Notes: generated by a model from the letters alone, not told the origin. A stretch of 42,229 nt of DNA from an uncultured Verrucomicrobiota bacterium (GCA_964435715.1 CAYTAI010000005.1:10190-52418); one strand, 5' to 3'; shown: positions 20,249-29,822, counted from the stretch's first letter. Numbers and translations: made by a program.

Positions 20249-21120
20249 GAGATTTTTTTCACTTTCACATCGATTTCCATATTTGAAAAAAGATCCCGGG
20301 CTCCGCTGAAACTCCCGCTGATGGGCGGTGCTTGAAAAGGTTCCCTGGAGACGGCGACACGCACGTGATAATCATCCGCCAACCTCCCGCAAGTCGGGTC
20401 AAATCCTTTCCACCCCGCGCCCGGGAGATAAATCTCCGTCCATGCATGTGTCGCCCCGGCGGCAGCTTCCTGACTCGCCTCGTCATTGCCGCACAAATAG
20501 CCGCTGACAAAACGTGCCGCGCAACCCATGGACTTCGCCGCCTCCATCAGGAGCAGTGCAAAATCCCGGCAGGAACCGCTCCGCGCCCGCAAGGTTTCCG
20601 CCGGTGATTGGACTCCCGGAGTTTCCCGCCGGGAGTATGAAAAAAACAAGGGCACTGATTGATTGAGGGCGATAAAAAAATCCAGCGTGCCCGCGGTGCC
20701 ATGAATATCCAAAAATGGGGAAATCCATGCAGAGACAGAAGGGGCATCCCCGGGAAATGACCACAAAAGAAAGGGCGCGATGTCCCGCATTTCAATCTCC
20801 GAGTATTTCATTGGCAAACGCAGGGCGTGGGGCTCGAGGGCAAAATCCAAGGGGGTCGGATTGGATTGCCCGGCCTCGGCGGTGCTTTCGATGACCAATT
20901 CATCGGACGGTTCGGTAAACTCCACCAGGGCGACACAATTATTGAACACATCGTGCGCCCAGCGGATTTTGTGGGAGGGTGAGACACTGAGTCCGGAGGA
21001 GCGGATTTTCAAGTCGTGACCTTCCATCGGCCGGATCAAAGCACGGTGGACGCCGAAACGAACCGGTTCGCGGTAGGTATAACGTGTTTTGTGGTAAATG
21101 CTCAGAATCATAATATTCAA
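20245..21120 (-). CDS. Transglutaminase-family protein (Bact_transglu_N + transglutaminase core)
   Basis: 291 aa. N-terminal IYHKTRYTYREPV. Catalytic-Cys context GSCRDFALLLMEAAKSMGCAARFVSGY, then HAWTEIYLPGAGWKGFDPT. Confidence 0.85.
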   Translation of the reverse strand: MNIMILSIYHKTRYTYREPVRFGVHRALIRPMEGHDLKIRSSGLSVSPSHKIRWAHDVFNNCVALVEFTEPSDELVIESTAEAGQSNPTPLDFALEPHALRLPMKYSEIEMRDIAPFLLWSFPGDAPSVSAWISPFLDIHGTAGTLDFFIALNQSVPLFFSYSRRETPGVQSPAETLRARSGSCRDFALLLMEAAKSMGCAARFVSGYLCGNDEASQEAAAGATHAWTEIYLPGAGWKGFDPTCGRLADDYHVRVAVSREPFQAPPISGSFSGARDLFSNMEIDVKVKKIS

Positions 21121-22028
21121 CCCATGCGATCTTGCTCTGTTAATGGCGACTCTTCGCGGAGAACAGTCACGGTGACCTTGAGTTTTTGACTCGGGGAGCC
21201 TTTGAAAACGCCTTTCATGGGGGGGACATCACCATAATCCCGGCCGCTGCCGATGACGATATGTCTCTCTCCCTGGATCATATTATTCGTCGGGTCGATG
21301 CCCACCCAGTGTCCATTGGGCGCATAGACCTCCACCCAGGCATGACTGGCGGTGGCTCCGACGAGTGCGGGCTCTACCCGGTCAGAGACGGGACTGTCAT
21401 CATGTGTTTCCGTCTCGATGTAACCGCTGACATAACGGGCGGGGATACCCGCGTACCGCAAGACTGAGATCATAAAATGAGCAAAATCCTGGCAGACACC
21501 CTCTTTGCGGAGGAGGAAATCTTGAACCGTTGTCGTTGCATCGGTCGCTCCTGGCTTGTACTTGAATGTCTTGAAAATATATTCATTCAGGGATTTCACA
21601 GCCGGTCCGAATGCCTCAGTGGGATGAAAAAAACGTTTCGCCAATTCAGCGGTTTCAGGGGTGAACTGGATATAACGCGATGTCCCGAGGAAGTCGTGCA
21701 AGATCCTTTGGTTTTGGCGTTGCAGATGGCGTGATTCATTGACGGACAAGATCAATCCGCTGAGAGGATCGGCATAAGCGAGTGTCTCCACGTCGCAGGA
21801 TGATGAGACCACGAGATGATTGTGACGGAAGGGCACGGAAACGACCTCCACATAGTTCTCAAAATAATCGGTGTAACTGTCCACGGGCACAAACGGGGTG
21901 ATGTGCGTGGAAAAGCGGGAGACTTTTTGGTGACGCGAATCGCGCGGCCTCAACCGCATCTCGCTGAAAGATTCCGAGGCGGGCTGGGGGTAACTGTATT
22001 CGGTGGTATGTTCGATGTGGAAAAACAT
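21117..22028 (-). CDS. Transglutaminase-family protein (Bact_transglu_N + transglutaminase core)
   Basis: 303 aa. FHIEHTTEYSYPQP, then GVCQDFAHFMISVLRYAGIPARYVSGY, then HAWVEVYAPNGHWVGIDPTN. Confidence 0.85.
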   Translation of the reverse strand: MFFHIEHTTEYSYPQPASESFSEMRLRPRDSRHQKVSRFSTHITPFVPVDSYTDYFENYVEVVSVPFRHNHLVVSSSCDVETLAYADPLSGLILSVNESRHLQRQNQRILHDFLGTSRYIQFTPETAELAKRFFHPTEAFGPAVKSLNEYIFKTFKYKPGATDATTTVQDFLLRKEGVCQDFAHFMISVLRYAGIPARYVSGYIETETHDDSPVSDRVEPALVGATASHAWVEVYAPNGHWVGIDPTNNMIQGERHIVIGSGRDYGDVPPMKGVFKGSPSQKLKVTVTVLREESPLTEQDRMG

Positions 22029-22032
22029 TTTG

Positions 22033-24567
22033 CTAGTGGATGACGTTAAAGGCTTGGTGATGGAGATAATAATCCGAGATCACCACCGCGAGTTGTGTGG
22101 TGTCGGAGGATAACTCGTCGAGGAGCTTGGTCACGGACAGGGGTTTGGGGCTGTTGATGCCAGGAAAATACTCATCGAGCTCGGCAAAGCCCACGCGCGC
22201 TTTGAGTTTCTGGCAGACTTTCAGCGGGGTATTGATTTCATCATGGCGGTTTTTGCCGAAAACGCTTTTGAGCCCGTATTCAATCTGCTCAAGGCAGAAA
22301 AAGACCGATCGCGGCACATCCGCGTCCTGGAGCAAAAGACGGGCGGCGCGCTCGACAGTCGGCCGGGTCTGATACAAACTGCGGTAAGCGTAGAGACTCG
22401 AGAGCATCCGGAGAAGAGTCTCCACACCCGGATCCGGGCGGGTCGAGGATTCCTCACTGTTTTTTTTGCCCATGATCTGGCGCATGACCAGCAGCGTCGT
22501 CATGGAGCGCTCGATAAAAATGCCCATCTGGAGAAAATGCCAGGCATCATTGTGCAGCATGGTCTTGCCCGCGCAGCCTGTCATCGCATCAAATTGATTG
22601 AGGATGCGGTCCTGCAAATCCTGCACCCGGATCATGTCCAGCGAGGAGACCTGTCCGCCCCAGACCTGCGCTTCATCCATGTATTGATCGAGGTCTTGGA
22701 TGATCGACCACAGCTCGGGGGTCACGGCCTCGCGGGTGCTCAAGGCGTTGTTGCGGACGTACTGGATGCAATTGGCCACCGATGAGGCATTCGACTGATC
22801 CAACAGGATGTAGTGTGCCAGGATATTGCGCCGGATGAATTTCTGTTTTTTGAAAAAATTCGTCGAGTGTCCCGTGGCGGTGGCGACAGCTTCCCACAGG
22901 GGAGCCCACTCCTGGGGATTGCGCCGCGCCTGCTCATCGGATTGGATATCCAGAATCACGCGCAAAATGCGCGAGATATTCTCCGCTCTTTCGACGTAAC
23001 GCCCGATCCAGTAGAGATTTTCCGCGATGCGGCTGCCCAGGCGCATGCGGCGTTGAGGAATGGAAAATGAAACGGCAGGCTCTTCGGAGGCTTTTTCATT
23101 TCCCTTGAGCACCCATGTGTCCTTGATCCCGCCGCCCAGCCCGGTTGAAATCACATTCGACCCGTCTTCAATCGCGTACCGTGTCAGAGCGCAAACCGGT
23201 TGGCGGTCAGCCGGGCGTCCTCCAAAAGTGAATATTCTCAAACCACAATGACGTTCATCGAGGGACTCTCCCACCACGGAAGGCAATTTGCTGTTGGCGC
23301 AGCGGTTCTCCGCGACAAAATCCTGCGGGCGCGTCAAGACCATCTCTGTGACCCGGGCAATTTGCTCCGGGGTCAGCGTGGCGCAATCCCATTTATTGGG
23401 CAATGACTCGGACTCGACGGCGCGGAAAATAATGTATTGATCAATATCGGAGAGGATGGCTTCGCACCGGTCATGATCAGCGAGCCAGAAGCGTTTGACC
23501 GACGGAATCAAAAGGCTTTCGCCGAGGTAAAATTTCGCCATCTGCGGCAGAAAAGCCATGAGGGCGCGGTTGTCGCCCACGCCGGTGCCCGCAGCGTTGA
23601 CGATCGAGACAGTCCCTTTGCGGACACAAGTCATGAGCCCGGGCACACCGACAGTGCTGTCCTCGCGGAAGGACACCGGATCCAGGAGGCAGTCATCCAT
23701 GCGGCAATAAATGACATCGATGGGCTCGAGTCCGCTGATGGTTTTGAAGTAAACCCGGTCATTGAGCACGATCAAATCCCCTCCGCGCACCAGCGGCATG
23801 CCCATTTGACGCGCGAGAAAAGTGTTTTCATAATGGGACTCGTCGTAGACGCCCGCCGAGATCATCACCACACGGGGTTCACCGAGACTGCTGACGGCGA
23901 AAGAGCGCACATGCTCGAGGAGCTCGGTGGGAAAAGAATTCAGCGAGGCGATGTCCGCCAGATCCATCAGATCCGAGCAGGTCTGACGCAGGACATGCCG
24001 GGCTTGGATGGCGTAGCTCATGCCCGTGGGGTTTGAAACGGAATCTTCAATGACGACCCATTGACCCTGCGGGGTGCGGGCAAAGTCAATGCCTGCGATA
24101 TGGACATAAATATCCCGGGGGACTTGCACCCCCACAGCCGCCCGTTGATACCGGGGGTCATCATAAATGATCTGGAAAGGCACGATCCCGCTCCTCAAAA
24201 TCTCCTGGGCATCATAGATATCGCGGAAAAAGGCATTCCAAATATTGATGCGCTGTGTCGCCGCTTTCTGAAGGAATTGCCATTCATCCGCGGAGATGAC
24301 CCGTGGAAACGGATCAAAAGGAACGACATGATCGGGATCATTTTTTGCCGTGTAGAGAAGCGATGTCACCCCGAGCTCTTCCATGAGCTTTTGAGCTTGT
24401 CCGGAGACCCGGGCGGCATAACCGGCCTGGACTTGCAAGGCACCATAGGTCTGGTCATAGACCTGCCGGGTGGCACCTTCAGACAGGGTGATCTCGTCCA
24501 GCCCGGTGGTTTTGTGAATCCGGCCGGGGGTCGACTTGTTTTTGGGGAGTGTGATTTCTTGGGTCAT
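22033..24567 (-). CDS. Fusion protein: circularly permuted type-2 ATP-grasp domain + alpha-E domain
   Basis: 844 aa. The N-terminal half is paralogous to the 481-aa ATP-grasp ORF upstream (PRDIYVHIAGIDFARTPQGQWVVIEDSVSNPTGMSY versus [36 protein letters not shown]). The C-terminal half is paralogous to the alpha-E ORF (RIAENLYWIGRYVERAENISRIL versus RVAECLFWMSRYVERAEEIARIV). Confidence 0.85.
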   Translation of the reverse strand: MTQEITLPKNKSTPGRIHKTTGLDEITLSEGATRQVYDQTYGALQVQAGYAARVSGQAQKLMEELGVTSLLYTAKNDPDHVVPFDPFPRVISADEWQFLQKAATQRINIWNAFFRDIYDAQEILRSGIVPFQIIYDDPRYQRAAVGVQVPRDIYVHIAGIDFARTPQGQWVVIEDSVSNPTGMSYAIQARHVLRQTCSDLMDLADIASLNSFPTELLEHVRSFAVSSLGEPRVVMISAGVYDESHYENTFLARQMGMPLVRGGDLIVLNDRVYFKTISGLEPIDVIYCRMDDCLLDPVSFREDSTVGVPGLMTCVRKGTVSIVNAAGTGVGDNRALMAFLPQMAKFYLGESLLIPSVKRFWLADHDRCEAILSDIDQYIIFRAVESESLPNKWDCATLTPEQIARVTEMVLTRPQDFVAENRCANSKLPSVVGESLDERHCGLRIFTFGGRPADRQPVCALTRYAIEDGSNVISTGLGGGIKDTWVLKGNEKASEEPAVSFSIPQRRMRLGSRIAENLYWIGRYVERAENISRILRVILDIQSDEQARRNPQEWAPLWEAVATATGHSTNFFKKQKFIRRNILAHYILLDQSNASSVANCIQYVRNNALSTREAVTPELWSIIQDLDQYMDEAQVWGGQVSSLDMIRVQDLQDRILNQFDAMTGCAGKTMLHNDAWHFLQMGIFIERSMTTLLVMRQIMGKKNSEESSTRPDPGVETLLRMLSSLYAYRSLYQTRPTVERAARLLLQDADVPRSVFFCLEQIEYGLKSVFGKNRHDEINTPLKVCQKLKARVGFAELDEYFPGINSPKPLSVTKLLDELSSDTTQLAVVISDYYLHHQAFNVIH

Positions 24568-24631
24568 GGTAGAGAGACATTATCTTCACCGCAAAAAACC
24601 AGCCTGACAAGAGTCCTGTGCTGGAATCTTA

Positions 24632-25654
24632 TTATTGTTGCTGCTGCTCGATGGATTGCCGGGGGGGCATGATCCCCCGGGAATCCTGGACAAAACGCGG
24701 CTGGCTGTAGGTGATGTAACAGTCGTACATCCCCGCCCCGATCTCATTGAGTCCGGTTTGAATCAAATCCACAACACGGTGCAATCCCTGGCTGAAAAGG
24801 TCGTCCACCTCGCTGAAACTCAAATCAGCCATCATCCGCCCGCTGATTTTCTCGGGTTGATTGCGGAAACTCCACTCCCCCGCACCGGACAAACGCCGCA
24901 GCGCCCAGTCCACACGCCGGACACAATGCAGCACTGAACGCGGAAAACTATTGGACAAGAGCAGGAGCTCGGCGACCTTTTGAGGGACGACCTCGGCCTT
25001 GTAAAGGCGTTGGTAGGCTTGTGAAGCGCTGCGGTTCCGTAAAATGGCATTCCACTGCACGATCATCCGGCTGGAATCTTTTGCTTTGTGGGTGAGCAGG
25101 TGGAATTTATCATCGAGCACACGCGAGGTTTTGTCCGCCCGCTCGATATACCGCCCGATCTGGATGAACTCCCACCCGTCACTGTGATCGATTGTCGAGT
25201 CGGTCACCCCGCGGAAACCATTTGTAAATCTCACGATCTCACGGAAAAAGCCGTAAGGATTGCGTTCAAAAAGGTGGCGGGACTGTTTCGAGGTCAGCCA
25301 GAGGTAAAAACGATTCATCTCTTCCCACATTTCCTCGGAGATTTGCTCGCGAACCGTCCGGGTATTCTCACGGGCGGCAGCCACACAACTGACGATGGAA
25401 TTCGCATTATCCCGCGAGAAAACAAGATACTCGGTCACCCCTTCCTGGTCCGGGTCAAACCCCAATTTTTTGAACCCCGCTTTTTCCCCGAGACAATCAA
25501 TCAAGGGCATCCAGTTGTCGACAATCTCCCGGGATTGGGACAGGGGGATGTCCAGCATCAGCTGGGTATTGACCTCGACGATCCGGGCGATTTCCTCCGC
25601 CCGCTCGACATAGCGGCTCATCCAAAAAAGACATTCGGCGACGCGGCTGAGCAT
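24632..25654 (-). CDS. Alpha-E domain protein (DUF403/COG2307-like)
   Basis: 340 aa. LSRVAECLFWMSRYVERAE at the N-terminus and a second FIQIGRYIERADKTSRVL repeat are the hallmark of alpha-E proteins. There is a 1-nt spacer to the upstream ATP-grasp gene. Confidence 0.8.
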   Translation of the reverse strand: MLSRVAECLFWMSRYVERAEEIARIVEVNTQLMLDIPLSQSREIVDNWMPLIDCLGEKAGFKKLGFDPDQEGVTEYLVFSRDNANSIVSCVAAARENTRTVREQISEEMWEEMNRFYLWLTSKQSRHLFERNPYGFFREIVRFTNGFRGVTDSTIDHSDGWEFIQIGRYIERADKTSRVLDDKFHLLTHKAKDSSRMIVQWNAILRNRSASQAYQRLYKAEVVPQKVAELLLLSNSFPRSVLHCVRRVDWALRRLSGAGEWSFRNQPEKISGRMMADLSFSEVDDLFSQGLHRVVDLIQTGLNEIGAGMYDCYITYSQPRFVQDSRGIMPPRQSIEQQQQ

Positions 25655-25655
25655 A

Positions 25656-27101
25656 TTACCGGTCTCCTTCCAGCACCCATGTGTCTTTACTGCCGCCGCC
25701 CTGGGAGGAGTTCACCACCAGCGAGCCTTTTTTGAGTGCGACGCGCGTGAGCCCTCCGGGAATGATCGTGACCTTTTCCCCGTAAAGGATGTAGGGGCGC
25801 AAATCAATATGCCGTCCTTCAAATGAGCCGTCACAATAACAACCCAGCCGGGACAATGCGATGGTGGGTTGTGCGATGTAATTGCGCGGGCTCGCCTTGA
25901 TGAGTTTCCGGAATTTCTCGACTTCAGCCTTGGTGGCATGGGGTCCGACGAGCATCCCGTAGCCGCCGCTTTCATTGGCGGCTTTGACCACCAGCCGTGG
26001 CAAATTGTCCATGATGTATTTCATGTCTTTTTCTTCACTGGCGAGATAGGTTTCCACATTGGGCAGGATCGGGTCTTGACTCAGATAATATTTAATCATT
26101 TGCGGCACATAATAATAAATGACCTTGTCGTCGGCGATGCCGGTGCCGATGGAGTTCGCCAGGCTGACATTGCCCGCCCGGTAGGCGCCGACCAGTCCGG
26201 GCACACCGAGCATGGAGTCCTTGCGAAAGACTTTCGGGTCCAGAAAGTCGTCGTCCACGCGCCGGTAAATGACATCCACATGCTGCAGCCCCTTGGTCGT
26301 ACGCATGTAGACATGGTCGTCCTGGACAAAAAGATCACGGCCTTCCACTATCTCGATGCCCATTTGCCGCGCGAGAAAGGAGTGTTCGAAATAAGCGCTG
26401 TTGTATATCCCGGGGGTCAGCACAACGACATTCGGGTCGGGACGCTGGTGCGGTGAAATGTATTGGAGCAGCTTGAGCAATTCTTGCGGATAACTCTCCA
26501 CAGGCCGCACCGGGTAATGCTCGAAGAGGGCCGGAAAAATGTTTTTGAGCGTGTGCCGGTTCTCCAGCAGGTAGGAGACACCGCTGGGTGTGCGTCCGTT
26601 GTCTTCGAGGACAAGATATTGTCCGTCTTTGTCACGGATCAAATCTGTCCCGCAGATGTGGATGTAGATATTGCGGGGGACATTGAATCTCATGAATTCC
26701 GGACGGAAATGTTTCGCCTGCCGGATATGATACTCGGGGATGACCTTGTCTTTGATGATTTTTTGCCCGTGATATATGTCGTGCAGAAAAAGATTGAGTG
26801 CGGTGATGCGTTGAATCAGCCCTTTTTCAATTTTCTCCCACTCCTTATTCGGAATGATCCGCGGCATCAGGTCAAATGGAAAAATCCGCTCCGTCCCCTG
26901 CTTGTCGGAATACACGGTGAATGTCACCCCCTGATTGAGAAAAAAATTATCCGCGAGTTGCCGCCTCTGGTCGAATTCCTCCCGCGTCATGCGGTTGAAC
27001 CGGTTCACCAGCTTTTTGTAATGGGGACGGGGCTGCCCCTTGTGATCAAAAGCTTCATCAAAAAAACCTTCTGTCTGATATTTTTCAAACGCATTTTTCA
27101 T
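25656..27101 (-). CDS. Circularly permuted type-2 ATP-grasp protein (COG2308-like)
   Basis: Start at ATG 27101 (MKNAFEKYQ...) gives 481 aa, the usual size for this family. Motifs as listed for the fusion paralog, plus GGYGMLVGP and [27 protein letters not shown]. The ORF-track N-terminal extension to 27236 is probably not translated. Confidence 0.8.
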   Translation of the reverse strand: MKNAFEKYQTEGFFDEAFDHKGQPRPHYKKLVNRFNRMTREEFDQRRQLADNFFLNQGVTFTVYSDKQGTERIFPFDLMPRIIPNKEWEKIEKGLIQRITALNLFLHDIYHGQKIIKDKVIPEYHIRQAKHFRPEFMRFNVPRNIYIHICGTDLIRDKDGQYLVLEDNGRTPSGVSYLLENRHTLKNIFPALFEHYPVRPVESYPQELLKLLQYISPHQRPDPNVVVLTPGIYNSAYFEHSFLARQMGIEIVEGRDLFVQDDHVYMRTTKGLQHVDVIYRRVDDDFLDPKVFRKDSMLGVPGLVGAYRAGNVSLANSIGTGIADDKVIYYYVPQMIKYYLSQDPILPNVETYLASEEKDMKYIMDNLPRLVVKAANESGGYGMLVGPHATKAEVEKFRKLIKASPRNYIAQPTIALSRLGCYCDGSFEGRHIDLRPYILYGEKVTIIPGGLTRVALKKGSLVVNSSQGGGSKDTWVLEGDR

Positions 27102-27278
27102 GGGCAAAAAAATTTCTCCGGATGAGCCTATGGCAAATCGGTCTCCCCGTGAAGAGCAAATCACATGCCACCTGGACGGTGATAATCGCCTTTGCCTCGG
27201 GCACAGCATCAGAGTCCGCAAACAAATGATGTGCATGTCATGCCCGATACGCTATAAAACACAAAAAAGAAAAACTTT

Positions 27279-27674
27279 ATGATCAACATCTTATTTGTCG
27301 GATTGGGCGGGGGAATCGGTTCGATCTGTCGTTATCTCCTCTCGGAATGGGCGAACCAACACTCGTGGGGCAAAAATTTCCCTATCGGCATTATATTGGT
27401 GAATTTGATTGGATGCCTCTTGATTGGCGGCGTTGCTGCGTTCCTTCAAAAAGATGTCATGATCGACCACTACATGACCCCTCATATCCGCGGACTATTT
27501 ATCATCGGTTTTTTGGGGGGATTCACCACTTTCTCCAGCTTCAGCCTGGATGCTCTGACTCTTTTTCAGAGGGGCGAACCCGGCAAAGCTTTTCTCTATG
27601 TGACCCTCAGTATTATGATCTCGCTCATGGCGGTGGTTGCCGGGTTTTACGCTGTGGAGAAATTCATCAAATAG
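27279..27674 (+). CDS. crcB: Fluoride channel CrcB/FluC
   Basis: 131 aa, four TM segments. VGLGGGIGSICRY and GFLGGFTTFSSF are canonical CrcB motifs. Confidence 0.9.
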   Translation: MINILFVGLGGGIGSICRYLLSEWANQHSWGKNFPIGIILVNLIGCLLIGGVAAFLQKDVMIDHYMTPHIRGLFIIGFLGGFTTFSSFSLDALTLFQRGEPGKAFLYVTLSIMISLMAVVAGFYAVEKFIK

Positions 27675-27747
27675 CTTTTGTCGCCCGTCCTCGATATTGA
27701 AAAAGTATTGGTGTCCTGCCGGATATTGGATTACTTTATTTTCTTCC

Positions 27748-28284
27748 ATGAGCGACACCCCTCCTTTCCAGACTGTGACGGTCGAAACCTTTTCCCCGCG
27801 CAATCTCCCCTCCCTGCAATTCCTCGATGTCCGCACACCAGCTGAATTTCGCTCCGTCCACGCGCAATTTGCTCGGCTGATTCCGCTCGACGAGCTTGAT
27901 GTCAATGCCCTCTACGAAAAAACAGGCTTTAAACAGGAGCAACCCCTCTACATCCTGTGCCAGTCGGGGCGACGGGCCGCGACAGCCGCCGAAAAACTCC
28001 ATGCCGCCGGGATCACAAATTGCATCGTTGTCGAGGGGGGGACAAATGCCTGGGTCGAAGCGGGACTCCCGGTGGAACGCGCCCCGGGCGGAGCGATCTC
28101 CATCGAGCGCCAGGTGCGGATCGCCGCTGGCACCTTGGTCGTCACGGGCATTTTGCTCGGGTGGTTTGTCAGTCCGTGGTTTTTCCTGCTCAGCGGTTTT
28201 GTCGGCGCAGGACTGGTCTTTGCCGGCGTGACCGACTGGTGCGGCATGGCTCTCCTTCTCGCGAAAATGCCGTGGAATAAATAA
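27748..28284 (+). CDS. Rhodanese domain fused to YgaP-like (DUF2892) membrane domain
   Basis: Start at ATG 27748 gives 178 aa. Rhodanese part: FLDVRTPAEF...YILCQSGRRA...GGTNAW. C-terminal part: two TM helices and ...GVTDWCGMALLLAKMPWN, typical of DUF2892. Confidence 0.75.
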   Translation: MSDTPPFQTVTVETFSPRNLPSLQFLDVRTPAEFRSVHAQFARLIPLDELDVNALYEKTGFKQEQPLYILCQSGRRAATAAEKLHAAGITNCIVVEGGTNAWVEAGLPVERAPGGAISIERQVRIAAGTLVVTGILLGWFVSPWFFLLSGFVGAGLVFAGVTDWCGMALLLAKMPWNK

Positions 28285-28315
28285 TCCCGGACATCCCACT
28301 CCCCCCGGGATTATT
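28280..28315. terminator. 11-bp-stem hairpin at the end of the rhodanese/YgaP gene
   Basis: AATAATCCCGG (28280-28290) and CCGGGATTATT (28305-28315) flank a 14-nt loop, and the hairpin overlaps the stop codon. It lies between convergent genes. There is no strong U-tract, so the terminator role is inferred. Confidence 0.45.
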
Positions 28316-28331
28316 CTGCGCGTGCACCCCG

Positions 28332-28414
28332 ATGGAGGGTCGAACTCCTGTGAGACCATAGACTAAAAGAGAGACTGGGGCAGGACACGGTCTCGTAGGA
28401 ACTCGACCCTCCAT
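28332..28414. other. Long imperfect hairpin (about 24 paired positions, 31-nt loop) between convergent genes
   Basis: ATGGAGGGTCGA (28332-28343) pairs perfectly with TCGACCCTCCAT (28403-28414). After a 2x2 internal loop the stem continues as TCCT/AGGA, two G-T wobbles, and GAGACC/GGTCTC. It could be a terminator, a small RNA or a REP/MITE-like element. Confidence 0.5.
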
Positions 28415-28436
28415 TGTGTTTGAGAGACAATGACTC

Positions 28437-29822
28437 TTACTCCCCGGTATTTTGACCAAAAAGCTCTTCCCGGATTTGTTTGGGATGTTTTTCGATGGGA
28501 GCCAGCTCGGGGATGTCTTCACCGTCTTTGGTGATCCCGAGTTCCTTGAAGCGTCGGACGCTGGGGTAATAGCTCCGCTCCAGTGAACCCACCGCGTCAT
28601 TGTATTTTCCGACGGCTTGACCGAGTTCCTTGCCCACGTCGGCAAAATGTTTGGTCAACGTTCCGATGCGCGCATAGAGTTCCTGACCCAACTGGGAAAT
28701 GGCGCGCGCATTTTCCGCGATTTTCTCTTGGCGCCAGCCGTAATGAACCGCTTTCAAAAGTGCGATCAATGTCGTCGGCGTGGCGAGGATGACTTTATTC
28801 TCCAGCGCACCACTCTCCAGTAGCTGCGGGTCTTGCTCCAGCGCCGCACTGAAATAGGATTCGCCGGGTAGGAAAAGCACGACAAATTCCGGACTCGGTG
28901 CAAATTGCTCGAAATAAGCTTTGCTCCCGAGCTGGCGCATGTGGGTGCGAATCTGCTCTGCGTGCTCGCGGAGTTTGCCCAACCGCAGGTTTTCGTCCTT
29001 GGCCTCGACCGCATCGAGATAGGCGGCCAGCGGGGTTTTTGCGTCCACGATGATATTCCGGCCATTGGGCAGGCGGACGATCATATCCGGGCGGAGCCGA
29101 CCCTCGTCGGTGGTCACATTCTCCTGAGTCTGGAAATCACAATACTCGACCATGCCCGCGACCTCGACGACACGTTTGAGCTGGAGTTCGCCCCAGCGTC
29201 CGCGCACATCGGGTTTGCGCAGGGCGGTGACGAGATTCCCAGTTTGCTCGTGGAGTTTGCTCTGTGTGTCGGCGAGTTGGGCAACCTGCTGGCGGAGTCC
29301 TTCGTAAGCGCCAACGCGCTCTTTTTCGAGAGCCTGAATTTTTTCGTCGAATTTCGACAAGGTTTCCCGCACGGGTGTGACCATCTGGGCAATGGCTTGC
29401 TGACGTTTCTCAAGATCACCTTTGGCGGATTCACGGAAACTCTCCATCGTTTGTTTGGCGAGATCGAGAAAGGACTGGTTGTTTTTTTGAAGAGCCTCGG
29501 AGGACAATGCCTTGAAAGCGTCGGACAATTTGCTCTGGGCTTCATTCAGCAGAGCCATTTGCTCCACGACACGCCGCCTTTCATTTTCCAGATCGGCTCC
29601 CATCTGCGCCATTTGCTCCCGGGCCGAGGCAAGTTGCGCGGCGGTCTGGCTGTGCGCGGCTTTCTCCGCGGCAAATTGCTCCTGCTCCCGCGCAATTTGC
29701 GCGGCCTTTTCCCGGAGCTCCGCCGCGAGCGAAGCAATTTGCGCCTGAGCACGCCCGCGCAAAAAGCCCCACGCCAGAGCCACTCCAACCAAAAACGCAA
29801 TGATGACCGGGATATATTCCAT
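28437..29822 (-). CDS. rmuC: DNA recombination protein RmuC
   Basis: 461 aa. N-terminal TM helix, long Ala/Gln/Glu coiled coil, then the RmuC nuclease-like core: RPDMIVRLPNGRNIIVDAKTPLAAY...FVVLFLPGESYFSAAL...ILATPTTLIALLKAV. Confidence 0.88.
   Translation of the reverse strand: MEYIPVIIAFLVGVALAWGFLRGRAQAQIASLAAELREKAAQIAREQEQFAAEKAAHSQTAAQLASAREQMAQMGADLENERRRVVEQMALLNEAQSKLSDAFKALSSEALQKNNQSFLDLAKQTMESFRESAKGDLEKRQQAIAQMVTPVRETLSKFDEKIQALEKERVGAYEGLRQQVAQLADTQSKLHEQTGNLVTALRKPDVRGRWGELQLKRVVEVAGMVEYCDFQTQENVTTDEGRLRPDMIVRLPNGRNIIVDAKTPLAAYLDAVEAKDENLRLGKLREHAEQIRTHMRQLGSKAYFEQFAPSPEFVVLFLPGESYFSAALEQDPQLLESGALENKVILATPTTLIALLKAVHYGWRQEKIAENARAISQLGQELYARIGTLTKHFADVGKELGQAVGKYNDAVGSLERSYYPSVRRFKELGITKDGEDIPELAPIEKHPKQIREELFGQNTGE

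Noticed and set aside
27102-27278. Possible fluoride (crcB-motif) riboswitch upstream of crcB. The ORF-track extension of the ATP-grasp gene to 27236 falls in the same interval.
   Set aside because: I looked for the conserved features: a GGnGAUGG-type 5' element, an internal hairpin, and a 3' CUGAUGA-type segment forming a pseudoknot with the 5' element. I could not fit them. A GGATGAGCC segment at about 27120 has no complementary GGCTC downstream. A covariance-model scan (Rfam RF01734) would settle it. The ATP-grasp extension has no family-like sequence and would give an atypically long protein.
28334-28412. tRNA- or tmRNA-like appearance on the minus strand (GGAGTTCGACCCTCC resembles a T-arm, and the 79-nt span has complementary ends GGAGGGT/ACCCTCC).
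   Set aside because: A cloverleaf cannot be drawn. The TTCGA lies inside the long stem rather than in a 7-nt T-loop, there are no D or anticodon arms, and the whole element folds as one extended hairpin.
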